From: Escherichia coli | GTDB taxonomy: Bacteria; Pseudomonadota; Gammaproteobacteria; Enterobacterales; Enterobacteriaceae | Assembly: GCF_003334255.1 (NCBI RefSeq) | Contig: NZ_QOWU01000206.1 | DNA length: 635 nt | Strand: one strand, 5' to 3' | In this document: one piece after another, positions 1-635 of the stretch | Numbering within the stretch: position 1 is the stretch's first letter | Layout of the letters: each line of letters starts with the position of its first letter | Translations under genes and position numbers: made by a program | Notes under the pieces: generated by a model | What the model was told of the DNA's origin: nothing | What the model saw: the letters and a program-made list of their open reading frames with translations, nothing else | Databases searched by the model: none

Positions 1-635
1 GTTCTGGCATCGAAGTCTATGGCTTTCCCCAGCTCAACGATTGTGCGTACATCGCGATCGTTGTAGTAACGCCACGGGCAGGGGATCCCCTGCCGTTCGT
101 ATGAACGGCGCAAAATCGTGTTGTCGAAGTTGGCTCCATTTCCCCAAACCTGAACAAAAAATTCACCGGAGTTTTCGTCGATAAATTCTCGCAATTGTAA
201 CAGTGCATCATCTAACGGGATTTCATCGGTCATAATGGCAGATTGCGCTTCGCGTGATTGCTTAAGCCACCATTTAATGGTGTCCCGATCAATGACTCCG
301 CCAGCAGTTTCCAGATCGATAGTCTTACTAAATTCCGGTCCCATATCTCCGGTTTGCGGATCGAAAAATATTGCACCTATTGAGATGATCGGGGCATCAG
401 GATTTTTTCCCATGGTTTCAAGGTCAATCATCAGATGGTGCCACAACCTGCTGGTGGATGTGATAACGTGATGACCGTTCACCGTAATTAAGGGATCTGC
501 CGTCTCGCCAGTTTCACTATCGCTGGCGTGATCCTGAGCGCTGCCAGCATTCTCCTTGTGTGGATGTTCAGCGCCTTCCATTTCCTCCGGATCATCTTCC
601 TGAACTTCAACCTGATACTCTTCATCGAATGTTTC
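1..635 (-). CDS. Partial CDS (5' and 3' ends outside window): acidic low-complexity segment followed by a DnaQ-like DEDD-family 3'-5' exonuclease domain; possibly part of a prophage RecE/exodeoxyribonuclease VIII-like protein (hypothesis)
   Basis: Hand translation of the minus strand in the frame whose codons occupy 635..633 down to 5..3 gives 211 sense codons with no stop. The other two minus frames contain stops (e.g. TAA at 488..490 in the +1 frame). Exo I-like motif MIDLETMG is encoded by 408..431 (D-x-E-T-x-G). Exo II-like motif WGNGANFD is encoded by 123..146 (N-x-x-F-D, cf. RNase T/epsilon H-N-A-x-F-D). The hydrophobic strand [10 protein letters not shown] after Exo I fits the DnaQ fold. 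No good Shine-Dalgarno precedes either in-frame ATG (429..431 and 579..581), consistent with the true start lying beyond 635. Family assignment is from motif recognition only; no search was run. Confidence 0.85.
77..94. repeat. Perfect 18-bp palindrome GGCAGGGGATCCCCTGCC (contains GGATCC and a central GATC) inside the CDS; function unassigned
   Basis: Base-by-base check: positions 77..94 equal their own reverse complement (9 of 9 pairs); symmetry breaks at 76/95. The chance of a 9-pair perfect palindrome somewhere in about 630 positions is roughly 0.002 for random sequence. It encodes R-Q-G-I-P-C-P on the minus strand. No downstream T-tract, so it is not a terminator. Confidence 0.5.

Noticed and set aside
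77-94. Palindrome as a rho-independent terminator
   Set aside because: There is no T/U tract after the stem on either strand and it lies inside an uninterrupted ORF.
17-211. Minus-strand ORF of 64 aa from the supplied track ([20 protein letters not shown]...)
   Set aside because: It is on the same strand but out of frame with the continuous 211-codon ORF and wholly nested inside it. It has no recognisable motifs and is most likely an alternative-frame artefact.
235-471. Plus-strand ORF of 78 aa from the supplied track ([28 protein letters not shown]...)
   Set aside because: It lies entirely antisense to the long minus-strand ORF that carries recognisable exonuclease motifs. It has no Shine-Dalgarno upstream of its ATG, and its Ser/Arg/Cys-rich composition is typical of a shadow ORF opposite a real gene.
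488-634. Lys/Arg-rich open stretch in the +1 minus frame ([20 protein letters not shown]...) ending at TAA 488..490, which could be read as the 3' end of a separate upstream gene
   Set aside because: The basic composition is the expected out-of-frame reading of GAA/GAG/GAT-rich acidic codons. The acidic frame is continuous with the exonuclease domain.
1-635. CRISPR repeats, tRNA/ncRNA genes, IS or transposon termini, or a multi-gene defence island
   Set aside because: I found no direct repeats with spacer periodicity, no tRNA-like structure and no terminal inverted repeats. The window is entirely one coding frame, so any system-level claim would be unsupported by what is visible.

Overview
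The whole 635-bp window is one continuous open reading frame on the minus strand (codons run from 635 down to 3; 211 codons; no stop and no convincing start inside the window), so it is a CDS fragment truncated at both ends. Translation (minus strand, N->C): [211 protein letters not shown]. The part encoded by 3..431 has the hallmarks of a DnaQ-like DEDD 3'-5' exonuclease fold: an Exo I D-x-E-T-x-G motif in MIDLETMG and an Exo II N-x-x-F-D motif in WGNGANFD. The Exo III motif would lie beyond coordinate 1. The part encoded by 432..635 is a strongly acidic low-complexity segment in the same frame. My best interpretation, as a hypothesis, is an internal piece of a multidomain phage/prophage nuclease of the RecE/exodeoxyribonuclease VIII type, probably enterobacterial; this cannot be confirmed without a database search or flanking sequence. 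Both ORFs in the supplied track look like artefacts (an antisense shadow ORF and an out-of-frame same-strand ORF). I see no RNA genes, CRISPR repeats, mobile-element termini, promoters or terminators. The only non-coding-type signals are a perfect 18-bp palindrome with a central GGATCC/GATC inside the CDS and a roughly 3-fold excess of GATC sites. Nothing in this window by itself supports a complete undescribed system; the value is in identifying the nuclease domain and what to look for in the flanks.
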